A stretch of 64,000 nucleotides of DNA from Obrimoposthia wandeli (taxonomy: Eukaryota). How positions within the stretch are numbered: position 1 is the stretch's first letter; every line of letters begins with the position of its first letter. The notes beneath the pieces are model-generated. The model saw nothing but the letters and a program-made list of their open reading frames with translations. It searched no databases and was not told the DNA's origin. Below are positions 25,252-36,152 of this stretch, in pieces. The translations under genes and the position numbers were made by a program. Location of the stretch: assembly GCA_977020255.1 (NCBI GenBank), contig CDROCS010006357.1:124001-188000 (forward strand). The letters run 5' to 3'.

Positions 25252-26607
25252 TTAGCGCATAGTAACGAATTCTTCAGAGCCCGTTGGGTGAATAGCGACA
25301 ACGCTATCGAAATCTGCTTTAGTTGCACCCATCTTAATGGCAACACCGAAGCCTTGAATCATTTCATCAACTGTAAAGCCAATGCCGTGTAGGCCAACCA
25401 CTGTTTCTTCAGGGCCAGCACAAACTAACTTCATTTTGCATGGTTGGCGATGAGATGTAACTGCAGTGTACATTGCAGTAAAACCAGACGTATACACTTT
25501 AACGTTATCTTCTCCATATTGTGTTATGGCTTCAGGTTCTGTTAAACCAATTGTACCGATCGGCGGGTGGCTAAATACAACAGTAGGGATTAGTTTGTAA
25601 TCCATCTTGGCTTCAGTCTTACCGTTAAATAGACGTTCAGATAGCTGGCGGCCTGCTTTAACTGCAACAGGGGTAAGTTCAACACCCCCTTCCATAATAT
25701 CGCCAACACAATAGATACCAGCAACATTCGTTTGTTGGTATTCATCAACCTTGATATAACCACGTGAATTCGTTTCAACACCAGTGGATGCTAGGTTGAT
25801 TTTGTCTGTCGTTGGGTTACGACCAATGGCCCAGATCAGTAGATCGGTATTGTGTGATTCACCATTTTCAAAGTACAGTGTTGTTGAACCGTCTGCTTCT
25901 TTGATGATTTCTTTAGGAACAGAATGCGTATGAAGTGTTGGACCTTCGGTATTCATTACTTCCACTAATGTTTCAACAATCAACGGATCGAAGCTACGCA
26001 GTGGTGATTCTTTACGAACGAACAGGTGGGTATCTGTACCTAATGCACTCAAAACACCTGCAATTTCAACAGCAATATAACCAGCACCAATGACAGCTGT
26101 ACGCTTAGGCTGTTCGTTCAAGTCAAAGAAACCATTTGAGTCGATGCCGTGTTCAGCGCCAGGAATATTCGGGATTGTTGGCTCACCACCCACAGCAATC
26201 AAGATGTGATCTGCTGTTAAATGCTCACCATTTACTTCAATTGTTGTTTCATTAACAAATTTAGCAAAGCCATTAATCACTTCGATCTTATTCTTACCAA
26301 GAACGTTGTCATATGCTTGGTGAATACGACTGATGTATGCTTCACGGTTTTTAACTAGTGTGCTCCAATTGAAGCTTTTCACATCAATATCAAAGCCATA
26401 GTCTTTTGAATAAAGGTGGATCGCTTCAGCAATTTGAGCACCATGCCACATTACTTTTTTCGGTACACATCCGACGTTTACACAGGTACCACCCAGTGCT
26501 TTTGCTTCTATAAGGGCAACTTTTGCGCCGTGCATTGCAGCACGGTTAGCTGATGCAATACCGCCACTTCCGCCACCAATACAAATGTAATCAAAATGCT
26601 TCGCCAT
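25252..26607 (-). CDS. gor: Glutathione-disulfide reductase
   Basis: [11 protein letters not shown] redox motif, [15 protein letters not shown]. Confidence 0.98.
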   Translation of the reverse strand: MAKHFDYICIGGGSGGIASANRAAMHGAKVALIEAKALGGTCVNVGCVPKKVMWHGAQIAEAIHLYSKDYGFDIDVKSFNWSTLVKNREAYISRIHQAYDNVLGKNKIEVINGFAKFVNETTIEVNGEHLTADHILIAVGGEPTIPNIPGAEHGIDSNGFFDLNEQPKRTAVIGAGYIAVEIAGVLSALGTDTHLFVRKESPLRSFDPLIVETLVEVMNTEGPTLHTHSVPKEIIKEADGSTTLYFENGESHNTDLLIWAIGRNPTTDKINLASTGVETNSRGYIKVDEYQQTNVAGIYCVGDIMEGGVELTPVAVKAGRQLSERLFNGKTEAKMDYKLIPTVVFSHPPIGTIGLTEPEAITQYGEDNVKVYTSGFTAMYTAVTSHRQPCKMKLVCAGPEETVVGLHGIGFTVDEMIQGFGVAIKMGATKADFDSVVAIHPTGSEEFVTMR

Positions 26608-26728
26608 GACTTTCTCCGCTTAATTTTATGATTTATGAGCTGAACCTAGTGTAATCAAGAAATTGAATACTTACGAGAGGTGTGAATCGAGAAAGCTGAT
26701 TCAGCCTAGATAATTAACAGAAGATAGA

Positions 26729-26756
26729 AATAAGGCGATTGAAACATCGCCTTATT
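26729..26756. terminator. Hairpin between rlmJ and gor
   Basis: aataaggcgat-tgaaac-atcgccttatt. Confidence 0.55.
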
Positions 26757-26784
26757 GGAGGGGGTTGTATAATTTTATTTACTG

Positions 26785-27624
26785 TTATTCAGGTACTACC
26801 CATGTAATTGAATGGTGACCGTGATTAGGCGCAATAGCTTGTTGTAACCATGGAAGAATAGTCTGCATTTGGCTCTCTAATTTCCACGGTGGGTTGATAA
26901 CGATCATGCCTGAAGCCGTCATACCACGCTCGGTCGTATCGGGTTCAACGCCCAATTCAATTTGTAAAATATTACGAATACCACACTTCTCAAGACCTTT
27001 AAGCATCTTATCAATGTTTTCGCGGTAAACCACAGGGTACCAAATTGCATAGGTACCCGTCGCCCAGCGCTTATAGCTATCAGCGATTGCGTTTACAACA
27101 TCCATATATTCATGCTTAAGCTCATAGGGAGGATCGATCAGTACCAGACCACGGCGTTCTTTAGGGGGTAAGCTGCCCTTCAATCGTAAGAATGCATCTT
27201 CTTTATACATACGTACTTGGCGATCGCCTCGGAACTCTTGCAGTAACAAAGGAAAATCTGCGGGATGAAGTTCAGTTAACACCATACGATCTTGTTCGCG
27301 TATCTGGGCGCGAGCAACACTCGGTGAACCTGGGTAATATCGCAGTTCTTCCGTTTCATTCAGTGCTTTTATAGCTTCTATGTAAGAGGCTATTTCAGTA
27401 GGGATACCATCACGAGACCAAAGGCGTGCAATACCTTGTTTGAATTCGCCCGTTTTTTCGCTGCGCTCATCTTGCAGATCATAACGACCCACACCAGAGT
27501 GCGTATCGTGATAGACGAAAGGCTTATCTTTTTGCTTGAGTGCATCTAGGATCAAACTTTGGACAATATGTTTAACCACATCGGCATGGTTGCCTGCGTG
27601 GAAGCTGTGGCGATAACTCAGCAT
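26785..27624 (-). CDS. rlmJ: 23S rRNA m6A2030 methyltransferase
   Basis: MLSYRHSFHAGNHAD, DTHSG, YPGSP and DPPY motifs. Confidence 0.96.
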   Translation of the reverse strand: MLSYRHSFHAGNHADVVKHIVQSLILDALKQKDKPFVYHDTHSGVGRYDLQDERSEKTGEFKQGIARLWSRDGIPTEIASYIEAIKALNETEELRYYPGSPSVARAQIREQDRMVLTELHPADFPLLLQEFRGDRQVRMYKEDAFLRLKGSLPPKERRGLVLIDPPYELKHEYMDVVNAIADSYKRWATGTYAIWYPVVYRENIDKMLKGLEKCGIRNILQIELGVEPDTTERGMTASGMIVINPPWKLESQMQTILPWLQQAIAPNHGHHSITWVVPE

Positions 27625-27820
27625 GAATTGGTCTCTGTGCGAATTTGAAAGTATTTATGAGTGGCTATTATGGCGGATTAGCCATGAATATCCAGATGAG
27701 TGGCGAACTTTAGTTGCTAGCTATGCGTACTGTATGTAAAAGCTTGTAGACAATATTTAGTTTTGTTTTATTTAATCGATAGATATTACAAGCAGTTCGA
27801 CCATAATGAGTAAATAAGGG

Positions 27821-27849
27821 ATTGAATTAACACGCCCGCACACACATCT
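27821..27849 (+). promoter_or_regulatory. Possible sigma32 promoter of prlC
   Basis: aTTGAA-N~14-cacaCATcT resembles CTTGAA-N13-17-CCCCAT; prlC is a heat-shock gene in E. coli. Confidence 0.35.
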
Positions 27850-27880
27850 AAACAATAATAAAAGAATTAAGGATACGCGC

Positions 27881-29923
27881 ATGTCTAACCCATTATTGTC
27901 CATGACGGCTTTGCCACCGTTTTCTCTGATAAAGCCTGAGCATATAAAGCCAGCAGTTGAACAGGCGATTGCCGATTGCCGTGCGAAAGTAGAAGAAGTA
28001 CTAACCAATAGCGATTTGGTAAGTTGGGAAACGATTTGCGTTCCACTAGCAGAGACGGATGATCGACTTAGCCGTATTTGGTCTCCTGTTGGGCACCTTA
28101 ATGGTGTTAAAAATAGCGCTGAATTACGTGAAGCGTATGAAAGTTGCTTACCTATCTTATCGGATTACGGTACGTGGGTGGGTCAGCACAAAGGTTTATA
28201 TGAAGCATATAAAACCATTAAAGCGAGTGATGATTTTACAGCGTTGTCTCAAGCACAGAAAAAAACGATTACCGATGCACTCCAAGACTTCGAATTGTCT
28301 GGTATTGGTTTGCCGGCAAAAGAGCAACATCGTTATGGTGAAATTAGCAAACGACTTTCAGAACTAGCATCAACGTTTAGTAATAATGTGTTAGATGCAA
28401 CGATGGGCTGGAGTAAATTGATCACTGATGAATCGGCATTAGTAGGTTTACCTGAATCCGCAATACAAGCAGCAAAGGCGAATGCAGAGGCTAAAGATAA
28501 AGAAGGCTATTTATTTACGCTTGAAATCCCCTCTTATTTACCTGTCATGACTTATTGTGCCAACCGTGAATTACGTCAGGAAATGTATAAAGCATTTGTT
28601 ACTCGTGCTTCAGATCGTGGTCCGAATGCAGGTGAGTGGGACAACAGCGAAATCATTGCTGAAAAGTTAAAGCTGAGCCATGAAATTGCACGCCTCTTAG
28701 GTTTTAACACTTACAGTGAAAAATCCCTCGCGACGAAAATGGCGGAATCTCCAGAGCAAGTGTTGGGTTTTCTGAATAATCTTGCGGTACGCGCAAAACC
28801 ACAAGCTGAACGTGAAGTGACAGAGCTACGTGACTATGCGAAAACTGAATTTGGCGCAGAAGATCTAGAACCGTGGGATTTGTCTTTTTATTCCGAGAAA
28901 TTGAAACAACACCGTTATAGCATTTCAGATGAACAGCTTCGCCCGTATTTCCCGGAGAAAAAAGCCGTCGCAGGTTTGTTTGAAGTACTTAAGCGTGTTT
29001 TTGGGATGGATGTGAAGCAACGCGAAGGTGTCGAAGTGTGGGATGATACGGTTACCTTCTACGATATTTTTGATGCAACTGGCTCGCTTCGTGGCAGTTT
29101 TTATCTTGATTTGTATGCCCGTGAACACAAGCGTGGCGGTGCATGGATGGATGAATGTGCCGTACGTCGTATATGTGCCGATGGTAGCCTACAAACTCCG
29201 GTTGCATATTTAACGTGTAACTTTAATAAACCCATTGGCGATAAGCCTGCATTGTTTACCCATGATGAATTGGTCACCTTATTTCATGAAACGGGTCACG
29301 GTATTCACCATATGTTGACGCAGGTTGATGCGCCATCTGTTTCTGGTATCAATGGTGTGCCGTGGGATGCGGTTGAATTACCGAGTCAGTTCCTCGAAAA
29401 CTGGTGTTGGGAAGAGGAAGCGTTGGCATTTATTTCGGGTCACTTTGAAACGGGTGAGCCTTTACCGAAAGAAATGTTGGATAAAATGTTGGCGGCAAAA
29501 AACTTTCAATCCGCGATGGGTATTTTACGTCAGTTGGAATTTGGTTTGTTCGATTTCAGCTTATACACCAACTATGATCCAGAAGTGGGTGCGCGGGTAT
29601 TAGAAACATTATTTGATGTAAAGTCGCGAGTATCTGTCGTGCCTAGCCCTGAATGGGGACGTTTCCCGCATAGCTTTAGCCATATTTTTGCCGGTGGTTA
29701 CAGTGCGGGTTATTACAGCTACCTATGGGCAGAGCTATTATCTGCCGACGCATTTTCTCGTTTTGAGGATGAAGGTATTTTTAACCAAGCAACAGGTGCT
29801 GACTTCCTACATTGCATTCTAGAGCGTGGCGGTAGTGAAGAGCCTATGGACCTTTTTAAACGTTTCCGCGGGCGTGAGCCTCAACTGGATGCGATGCTAC
29901 GTCACTGTGGTATTACAGGCTAA
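27881..29923 (+). CDS. prlC: Oligopeptidase A
   Basis: M3 peptidase HETGH, DAVELPSQ, AGYYSYLWA. Confidence 0.96.
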   Translation: MSNPLLSMTALPPFSLIKPEHIKPAVEQAIADCRAKVEEVLTNSDLVSWETICVPLAETDDRLSRIWSPVGHLNGVKNSAELREAYESCLPILSDYGTWVGQHKGLYEAYKTIKASDDFTALSQAQKKTITDALQDFELSGIGLPAKEQHRYGEISKRLSELASTFSNNVLDATMGWSKLITDESALVGLPESAIQAAKANAEAKDKEGYLFTLEIPSYLPVMTYCANRELRQEMYKAFVTRASDRGPNAGEWDNSEIIAEKLKLSHEIARLLGFNTYSEKSLATKMAESPEQVLGFLNNLAVRAKPQAEREVTELRDYAKTEFGAEDLEPWDLSFYSEKLKQHRYSISDEQLRPYFPEKKAVAGLFEVLKRVFGMDVKQREGVEVWDDTVTFYDIFDATGSLRGSFYLDLYAREHKRGGAWMDECAVRRICADGSLQTPVAYLTCNFNKPIGDKPALFTHDELVTLFHETGHGIHHMLTQVDAPSVSGINGVPWDAVELPSQFLENWCWEEEALAFISGHFETGEPLPKEMLDKMLAAKNFQSAMGILRQLEFGLFDFSLYTNYDPEVGARVLETLFDVKSRVSVVPSPEWGRFPHSFSHIFAGGYSAGYYSYLWAELLSADAFSRFEDEGIFNQATGADFLHCILERGGSEEPMDLFKRFRGREPQLDAMLRHCGITG

Positions 29924-29957
29924 CTAGCATCATTGATATGTAAAATTAAGACGTAAT

Positions 29958-29986
29958 AAAAAAGGCTCCCGAGGGAGCCTTTTTTT
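29958..29986. terminator. Bidirectional terminator prlC/gppA
   Basis: aaaaaaggctcc-cgag-ggagccttttttt. Confidence 0.88.
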
Positions 29987-30012
29987 AATCGAACAGGTTG
30001 TGAATATTAGCG

Positions 30013-31512
30013 TTATTCGCTTTCTTCAAGAACCAAAGGCCACCCCATGTCAGTTTGACGGGTGGCTTCTTGTTGTAACTCAACGCGACTTAGCGGGTTA
30101 GCTAATAGCCAAGCCGCTGGTAATGTCAGAACCAGTTTGTTCTCAGCGACCGATAAACTAAATGGCGGCTGCTGGTTGTGATCACGACGATGACAGAGAA
30201 TAACGGCTAAACGTAACAGACGTAAAATACGGGCAGCACTTTGAGCTGACAGTGCATGCTGTTCCGGTAGACTCGTTAACTGCTCGCGGAAGCGGCGCAG
30301 TAATTCTGCTATCAAATGTTTCTGTGCGCGAGTAAAGCCTGGTAAATCAATGTAATTGATCAGATAAGCGGCATGTTCACCGCTTTTCTTGAACTCAATA
30401 CTGGTACCGATTTCATGTAAACATACGCTTGCATGAAGCAGATATTGTGCCTGAGGTTCTAATTGCCATTCTTCATCGCAACGAGATAGTAACGCCATCG
30501 CAGTATTAGTCACCGCACTTGCGTGACTTGTATCGAGCTGAAAACGCTCTTGAACGCTGGTAAGTGTACGTTCACGTACATCATGGTGACGCATTTTGCT
30601 CATCATTTCATACACCATACCTTCACGTAGGGCGCCGCCAGCCAGAGTCATTGATTTGATGTTCAATGATTCAAACACAGCGATTAAAATGGATAAGCCG
30701 CTCGGAAAGACCAGCGCGCGTTCCAGAGTCAGACCTTCAATATCTAAGTCTTCTAAGCGTTCATACTGCATTGCTTGGCGCTGCATGCGCTTTAGCTTCG
30801 GAAGGGTGATGATTTCATCCATTCCTTGGGCCAGCATGATTTCCTGCAGGGCTTGTACGGTACCACTGGCACCCACACAAGTTTCCCAGCCTAGCTGAGT
30901 ATACTGCTCAACGATTGGCTCAATCGCATTTTTTGCAGCATTAATGGCAGCGTCAAAATTTTCAGCCGTTAAGTAGCGATCTTTGAAGTAGCGTTCTAAC
31001 CAAGTCACACAGCCAATTTTCAGGCTGGTTAATGCGCTGGCATCAAAGCCCTCGCCAATAATGACTTCGGTACTGGCGCCACCAATATCGACTACTAAAC
31101 GCTTGTCACTGCCACCAGAGGTGTGGGCTACACCTTGATAGATAATCCGGGCTTCTTCTTCTCCGGGAATCACATCGACCTTGCTACCAAGGATATCTTT
31201 TGCTTTGGAAAGAAATATATCAGCATTGACTGCAGTACGAAGCGCCGCAGTACCAACAATGCGAACACGCTCAGCAGGTATATCCTGTAAACGTTCTGCA
31301 AAGAGACTGAGACAGTCCCATCCGCGTTGCATTGCATCTTCACTCAATTCGTTTTGGCTATTCAGCCCCGCCGCTAAACGCACTTTACGTTTAATTTTAG
31401 CCAGAGTTTGCACACTGCCAGCGACTTCACGAACAATCCACATATGAAAGCTATTCGAGCCTAAATCAATTGCGGCATATAAAGGTGATATTGAATTTCT
31501 TTCCATAGGCAT
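30013..31512 (-). CDS. gppA: Guanosine pentaphosphate phosphohydrolase
   Basis: [23 protein letters not shown]; next to rhlB. Confidence 0.93.
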   Translation of the reverse strand: MPMERNSISPLYAAIDLGSNSFHMWIVREVAGSVQTLAKIKRKVRLAAGLNSQNELSEDAMQRGWDCLSLFAERLQDIPAERVRIVGTAALRTAVNADIFLSKAKDILGSKVDVIPGEEEARIIYQGVAHTSGGSDKRLVVDIGGASTEVIIGEGFDASALTSLKIGCVTWLERYFKDRYLTAENFDAAINAAKNAIEPIVEQYTQLGWETCVGASGTVQALQEIMLAQGMDEIITLPKLKRMQRQAMQYERLEDLDIEGLTLERALVFPSGLSILIAVFESLNIKSMTLAGGALREGMVYEMMSKMRHHDVRERTLTSVQERFQLDTSHASAVTNTAMALLSRCDEEWQLEPQAQYLLHASVCLHEIGTSIEFKKSGEHAAYLINYIDLPGFTRAQKHLIAELLRRFREQLTSLPEQHALSAQSAARILRLLRLAVILCHRRDHNQQPPFSLSVAENKLVLTLPAAWLLANPLSRVELQQEATRQTDMGWPLVLEESE

Positions 31513-31518
31513 ATGTTC

Positions 31519-32832
31519 TTATTGTTGCTTCTGTGATTGTGGATGACGTCGGTTATTATTACGAGGACGTGATTGTCCTTGACCCTGACGGTTTCCATTA
31601 GGACGACGGTTTCCACCTTGACGCGGCGTTCGCTGAAGGCGAAGCGGTGCGGGTAGCTCGTCTAACAATGCGTCAGAGTTATACTTTGATAATGGAATTG
31701 GGTGTTCAATGTAAGTTTCGATAGCGGGAAGATTAATTGCGTATTCTTCACATGCAAAACTGATTGAACTACCGCTTTCGCCTGCACGACCAGTACGACC
31801 GATACGGTGTACGTAATCTTCAGCATCATCAGGTAGATCGTAATTATAAACGTGTGTTACTTGTGGAATATGTAAACCACGAGCAGCCACATCGGTTGCT
31901 ACTAGAATGTCAATCTCACCTTGGGTGAACTGCTCTAGAATACGAACGCGTTTTTTCTGTGGTACATCGCCATTTAATAGACCAACACGGTGATTATCGG
32001 CAGCGAGGTGACCCCAGATGTCTTCACAACGGTGTTTAGTATTAGCAAAGATAATAGCGCGATCTGGCCACTCTTCTTCGATCAAAGTCTGTAGAAGACG
32101 CATTTTTTCCTGATTCGAAGGATAAAAAAGCTCTTCTTGAATGAGGTGTCCCGTTTTTTGATTCGGTTCAACAACCACACTTTCAGGGCTGTTCATGTGT
32201 TCGAATGCTAGCTCTTTTACACGGTAAGATAATGTTGCAGAGAACAACATGTTCAAACGTGCTTTAGGTGCGGGCATACGACGGAACAAAAAGCGAATGT
32301 CTTTAATAAAGCCTAAATCGAACATACGATCGGCCTCATCAAGTACAACCACTTGAATCGAGGCTAAGTCGATAACACGCTGCTTGTAGAAGTCGATAAT
32401 ACGACCACAAGTACCGACAAGGATATCAACACCTTCAGAAAGTACTTTCTGTTGTTTTTCATACGCTTCGCCACCATATGCTAGACCAGCTTTAAGGCCA
32501 GTGCTTGCAAGTAGTGGTGCGGCATCATTGTAAATCTGGATAGCCAGTTCACGGGTTGGTGCCATGATAATAGCGCGAGGCTGGTTAGTTTTGCGCTCAT
32601 CCGATGCTGGATTAAGAAGCAAATAATTAAAAGTCGCGGTCAAAAAAGCCAGGGTTTTCCCTGTACCTGTTTGAGCCTGACCTGCGATGTCTTGGCCGGT
32701 GAGCACAACCGGCAATGCTAAAGCTTGGATCGGGGTACAGTTATGAAACCCTTGTGCGTCCAGTCCTTGTAAAACCGTAGGGTGTAAACCTAGGTCAGCA
32801 AATTTCTGCTCTGTGATGTGAGTCGTCTTCAT
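31519..32832 (-). CDS. rhlB: DEAD-box RNA helicase RhlB
   Basis: [29 protein letters not shown]. Confidence 0.96.
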   Translation of the reverse strand: MKTTHITEQKFADLGLHPTVLQGLDAQGFHNCTPIQALALPVVLTGQDIAGQAQTGTGKTLAFLTATFNYLLLNPASDERKTNQPRAIIMAPTRELAIQIYNDAAPLLASTGLKAGLAYGGEAYEKQQKVLSEGVDILVGTCGRIIDFYKQRVIDLASIQVVVLDEADRMFDLGFIKDIRFLFRRMPAPKARLNMLFSATLSYRVKELAFEHMNSPESVVVEPNQKTGHLIQEELFYPSNQEKMRLLQTLIEEEWPDRAIIFANTKHRCEDIWGHLAADNHRVGLLNGDVPQKKRVRILEQFTQGEIDILVATDVAARGLHIPQVTHVYNYDLPDDAEDYVHRIGRTGRAGESGSSISFACEEYAINLPAIETYIEHPIPLSKYNSDALLDELPAPLRLQRTPRQGGNRRPNGNRQGQGQSRPRNNNRRHPQSQKQQ

Positions 32833-32944
32833 TCGTATAGAATATCAGCTTAGGGTTGCAATACGAAACGTATTCCATTCAAATAGGGCAACGATTTGCT
32901 GGTTAAAAATAAAATCAGCTGAAAATCAACCATTGGAGTGGAAG

Positions 32945-33271
32945 ATGAACGACAAGATTGTGCAGCTAACAGACGCAACTTTTGACAGCGATGTAGTGAA
33001 TGCTACTGGTCCGGTATTGGTCGATTTTTGGGCTGAATGGTGTGGTCCTTGTAAGATGATTGCCCCAATTCTTGACGAAATCGCCAACGAGTACGAAGGC
33101 AAAGTGACGATCGGTAAATTAAATATCGATCAAAATTCAGCAACACCGCCAAAATTTGGTATTCGTGGTATCCCAACATTATTGCTATTTAAAGATGGTG
33201 GTGTGGCTGCAACGAAAGTGGGTGCTCTTTCTAAGACCCAGCTAAAAGAGTTCCTTGACGCGAACTTATAA
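32945..33271 (+). CDS. trxA: Thioredoxin 1
   Basis: WCGPC; ATG at 32945 after SD ggag. Confidence 0.97.
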   Translation: MNDKIVQLTDATFDSDVVNATGPVLVDFWAEWCGPCKMIAPILDEIANEYEGKVTIGKLNIDQNSATPPKFGIRGIPTLLLFKDGGVAATKVGALSKTQLKEFLDANL

Positions 33272-33361
33272 GCAGCTTTGTGTGAACTATGTGCACTTTC
33301 TAAGTTGTACATAGTTTGTCTTCCGTCTATGCTAGACGGAAGGAATCTTTAGTGCTAACGT

Positions 33362-33467
33362 AATGCACATAAATTGTTATTCCGTTCATTTCTTGACCAG
33401 CCCCTTGGTCAACTCTATCTTAAACTAAAATAGAACCCCGATTTTGACAGACAAGAAACCCACCACT
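33362..33467 (+). promoter_or_regulatory. rho leader (C-rich, G-poor; possible Rho autoregulatory attenuator)
   Basis: C-rich tract with hairpin ttgacca-gcccct-tggtcaa (33393-33412); by analogy with the E. coli rho leader. Confidence 0.35.
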
Positions 33468-34730
33468 ATGAATCTTACAGAACTGAAGAGCCAACCAATT
33501 CCAAAGTTGGTTGCACTTAGCGAAAGCTTGGGCCTAGAGAATCTAGCGCGCTTGAGAAAACAAGACATTATCTTCTCTATTCTCAAACAACACGCGAAAG
33601 GTGGTGAGGATATTTTTGGCGATGGTGTTCTAGAAATCCTTCAAGATGGCTTCGGCTTCCTTCGCTCTTCAGATAGTTCTTACCTTGCTGGCCCTGATGA
33701 TATTTATGTATCTCCAAGCCAAATTCGTCGTTTCAACCTTCGTACTGGTGATACCGTTGCCGGAAAGATTCGCCCACCGAAAGATGGCGAACGTTATTTT
33801 GCATTACTTAAAGTAAATGCAGTTAACTACGACAAACCAGACAACGCACGTAATAAGATTTTATTTGAAAACCTGACTCCACTGCACGCGAACGATCGTA
33901 TGCGTATGGAGCGTGGTAACGGCTCAACCGAAGATATCACTGCACGTGTTCTTGATTTAGCATCTCCGATTGGTAAAGGTCAGCGTGGTCTGATTGTTGC
34001 TCCGCCTAAAGCGGGTAAAACCATTTTGCTTCAAAACATTGCACAAAGTATTGCCCACAACCACCCTGAGTGTGTGTTGATGGTTTTACTTATCGACGAA
34101 CGTCCGGAAGAAGTAACCGAGATGCAACGCCTCGTTAAAGGTGAAGTTATTGCATCAACGTTTGATGAACCAGCATCTCGTCACGTACAAGTGGCAGAAA
34201 TGGTTATCGAGAAAGCAAAGCGTCTTGTTGAACACAAGAAAGACGTTGTTATCCTGCTTGACTCAATTACTCGTTTAGCGCGCGCATACAACACCGTTGT
34301 TCCTTCATCTGGTAAGGTACTAACAGGTGGTGTTGATGCTAACGCCCTTCATCGTCCAAAGCGTTTCTTCGGTGCGGCACGTAATGTTGAAGAAGGTGGT
34401 AGCTTAACGATCATCGCGACAGCATTGGTTGATACCGGCTCTAAGATGGATGAAGTTATCTACGAAGAGTTTAAAGGTACTGGTAACATGGAATTGCACC
34501 TATCTCGTAAGAGTGCTGAGAAGCGTGTATTCCCTGCTATTGATTTCAACCGTTCTGGTACTCGTCGTGAAGAGTTATTGGCTAAGCCTGACGAATTACA
34601 GAAAATGTGGATTCTGCGTAAGATTGTTCACCCAATGGGCGAAACAGACAGCATGGAATTCCTGATCGACAAACTGTCGATGACGAAGACGAATAATGAG
34701 TTCTTTGACGCAATGCGTCGTCAGAAATAA
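33468..34730 (+). CDS. rho: Transcription termination factor Rho
   Basis: MNLTELK start, [21 protein letters not shown]. Confidence 0.98.
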   Translation: MNLTELKSQPIPKLVALSESLGLENLARLRKQDIIFSILKQHAKGGEDIFGDGVLEILQDGFGFLRSSDSSYLAGPDDIYVSPSQIRRFNLRTGDTVAGKIRPPKDGERYFALLKVNAVNYDKPDNARNKILFENLTPLHANDRMRMERGNGSTEDITARVLDLASPIGKGQRGLIVAPPKAGKTILLQNIAQSIAHNHPECVLMVLLIDERPEEVTEMQRLVKGEVIASTFDEPASRHVQVAEMVIEKAKRLVEHKKDVVILLDSITRLARAYNTVVPSSGKVLTGGVDANALHRPKRFFGAARNVEEGGSLTIIATALVDTGSKMDEVIYEEFKGTGNMELHLSRKSAEKRVFPAIDFNRSGTRREELLAKPDELQKMWILRKIVHPMGETDSMEFLIDKLSMTKTNNEFFDAMRRQK

Positions 34731-34760
34731 TAATCGAAACTGTTTACGTCACAGTTTGAT

Positions 34761-34787
34761 AAAACGCCACCTTGTGTGGCGTTTTTT
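34761..34787 (+). terminator. Intrinsic terminator after rho
   Basis: aaaacgccac-cttgt-gtggcgtttttt. Confidence 0.85.
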
Positions 34788-34969
34788 ATTGGACAAAATT
34801 GCGGCATACTGCAGCAGTAAGATCAAAAATCAAACAGTATTCAATTGATTGCGTATTTTAATCGCGAGTACATTTCATTGAATCAATACAACCTTACGAC
34901 ATATGAAAGCATCAGGATGGTCATCATATGAATGCGTTAAAAGGTTGTCCTTTCTATTTAGGAGGCAAC

Positions 34970-35965
34970 ATGCGACAAGGAATGTGCATGGTAGTCTTGC
35001 TGCTTGCAGGATGTATTCAATCTGCTTTGGCGATTGAAGTCACTGAAAAAAAGGTGCATGAGGTTGCGATGTCGCCTCAAGTGGTCAATCGTGTTGCTGC
35101 ATTAATTAACCTGTACAATAAGAGTGATTTTCGTGCCCTCGAATTCAATCTTTCTCAAATATCCCCATTGAAACAAGAATCCGTTCGCAGTCAGATTATT
35201 CAATATGCTGTGAGTTATGGTCAGCTTGATCAAGATAAAGCTGATTGGTTACAAGTTCAGGCTGAGCGTCAATCGACCTTTACGATTATAGAGCAGGGCG
35301 ATGGCTACCTTGTAACGAAAGCGGCATTTCCATATGGAACACAAGCTCGAAAGTTAGTGCTTCATTGGCAACAGATATTGTTAGCTGAAAAAATGGTGCT
35401 TCGAGCCGAAGATGGCTCACTCATATTGTCAAAATGGCTCACGGGTGATATCACTCATCAAAAAGAACAACGTGATATTTTCCTCGAAAAATTGCCGGAC
35501 CTTTCACTGACGGCACTTAATAAATTAGTGGCTCAATTCTCTTCTGATCCCCAATTGATGTGGCTGCCTGATAACGCGATCATTGCCAGTCTGGCTAAGC
35601 AAACGGGTGATGAATCTATGTACCGCTTATTATGGCGACGTCGTACGGACCAATACAGCCAAGCAGAGCTTACCCGTTTAGTGAATAAAGCCCCCGATCG
35701 TCAATCGATTGAGCAATTAATGGCAGCAACCAGTAACCCGTCATTAAAGCAACAAGCCTACCGTTCGTTAGTGTCATTAAAACCTATGCCACCGCAGACG
35801 CGTGAATTTCTACAAGGGAAACTCAATGAAGTAGGTGATGGAAAAGTTGTTGCCATGCAGTTAGCTCAGCAAGGCTATAGCAGCTGGTTAGAACAATTAG
35901 CTGAATCTAGTGGGAACAAGGTCTTACAGAAAAACTTACAATCGGCACTGGCTAATTTACCGTAG
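34970..35965 (+). CDS. Exported hypothetical protein, helical-repeat-like
   Basis: SD ggagg before ATG 34970; N-terminal signal-like segment; Leu/Gln/Ala-rich helical composition. Confidence 0.8.
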   Translation: MRQGMCMVVLLLAGCIQSALAIEVTEKKVHEVAMSPQVVNRVAALINLYNKSDFRALEFNLSQISPLKQESVRSQIIQYAVSYGQLDQDKADWLQVQAERQSTFTIIEQGDGYLVTKAAFPYGTQARKLVLHWQQILLAEKMVLRAEDGSLILSKWLTGDITHQKEQRDIFLEKLPDLSLTALNKLVAQFSSDPQLMWLPDNAIIASLAKQTGDESMYRLLWRRRTDQYSQAELTRLVNKAPDRQSIEQLMAATSNPSLKQQAYRSLVSLKPMPPQTREFLQGKLNEVGDGKVVAMQLAQQGYSSWLEQLAESSGNKVLQKNLQSALANLP

Positions 35966-36152
35966 TTCACCGTATGAACAGATTGCATTTTTATTAACGT
36001 AAACAGCGGGTGCTTATTCTGGTATTCAGAGGTAAGAACCGTGTGTTCAGGTTAACAAATCGTTATAATGTCGCTAATTTGATGGAAGATAGTGTTCATG
36101 TTTTGCATGATATCAACGCTATCTAATCTTTTATTGGCAACGGGTAGCCCCT

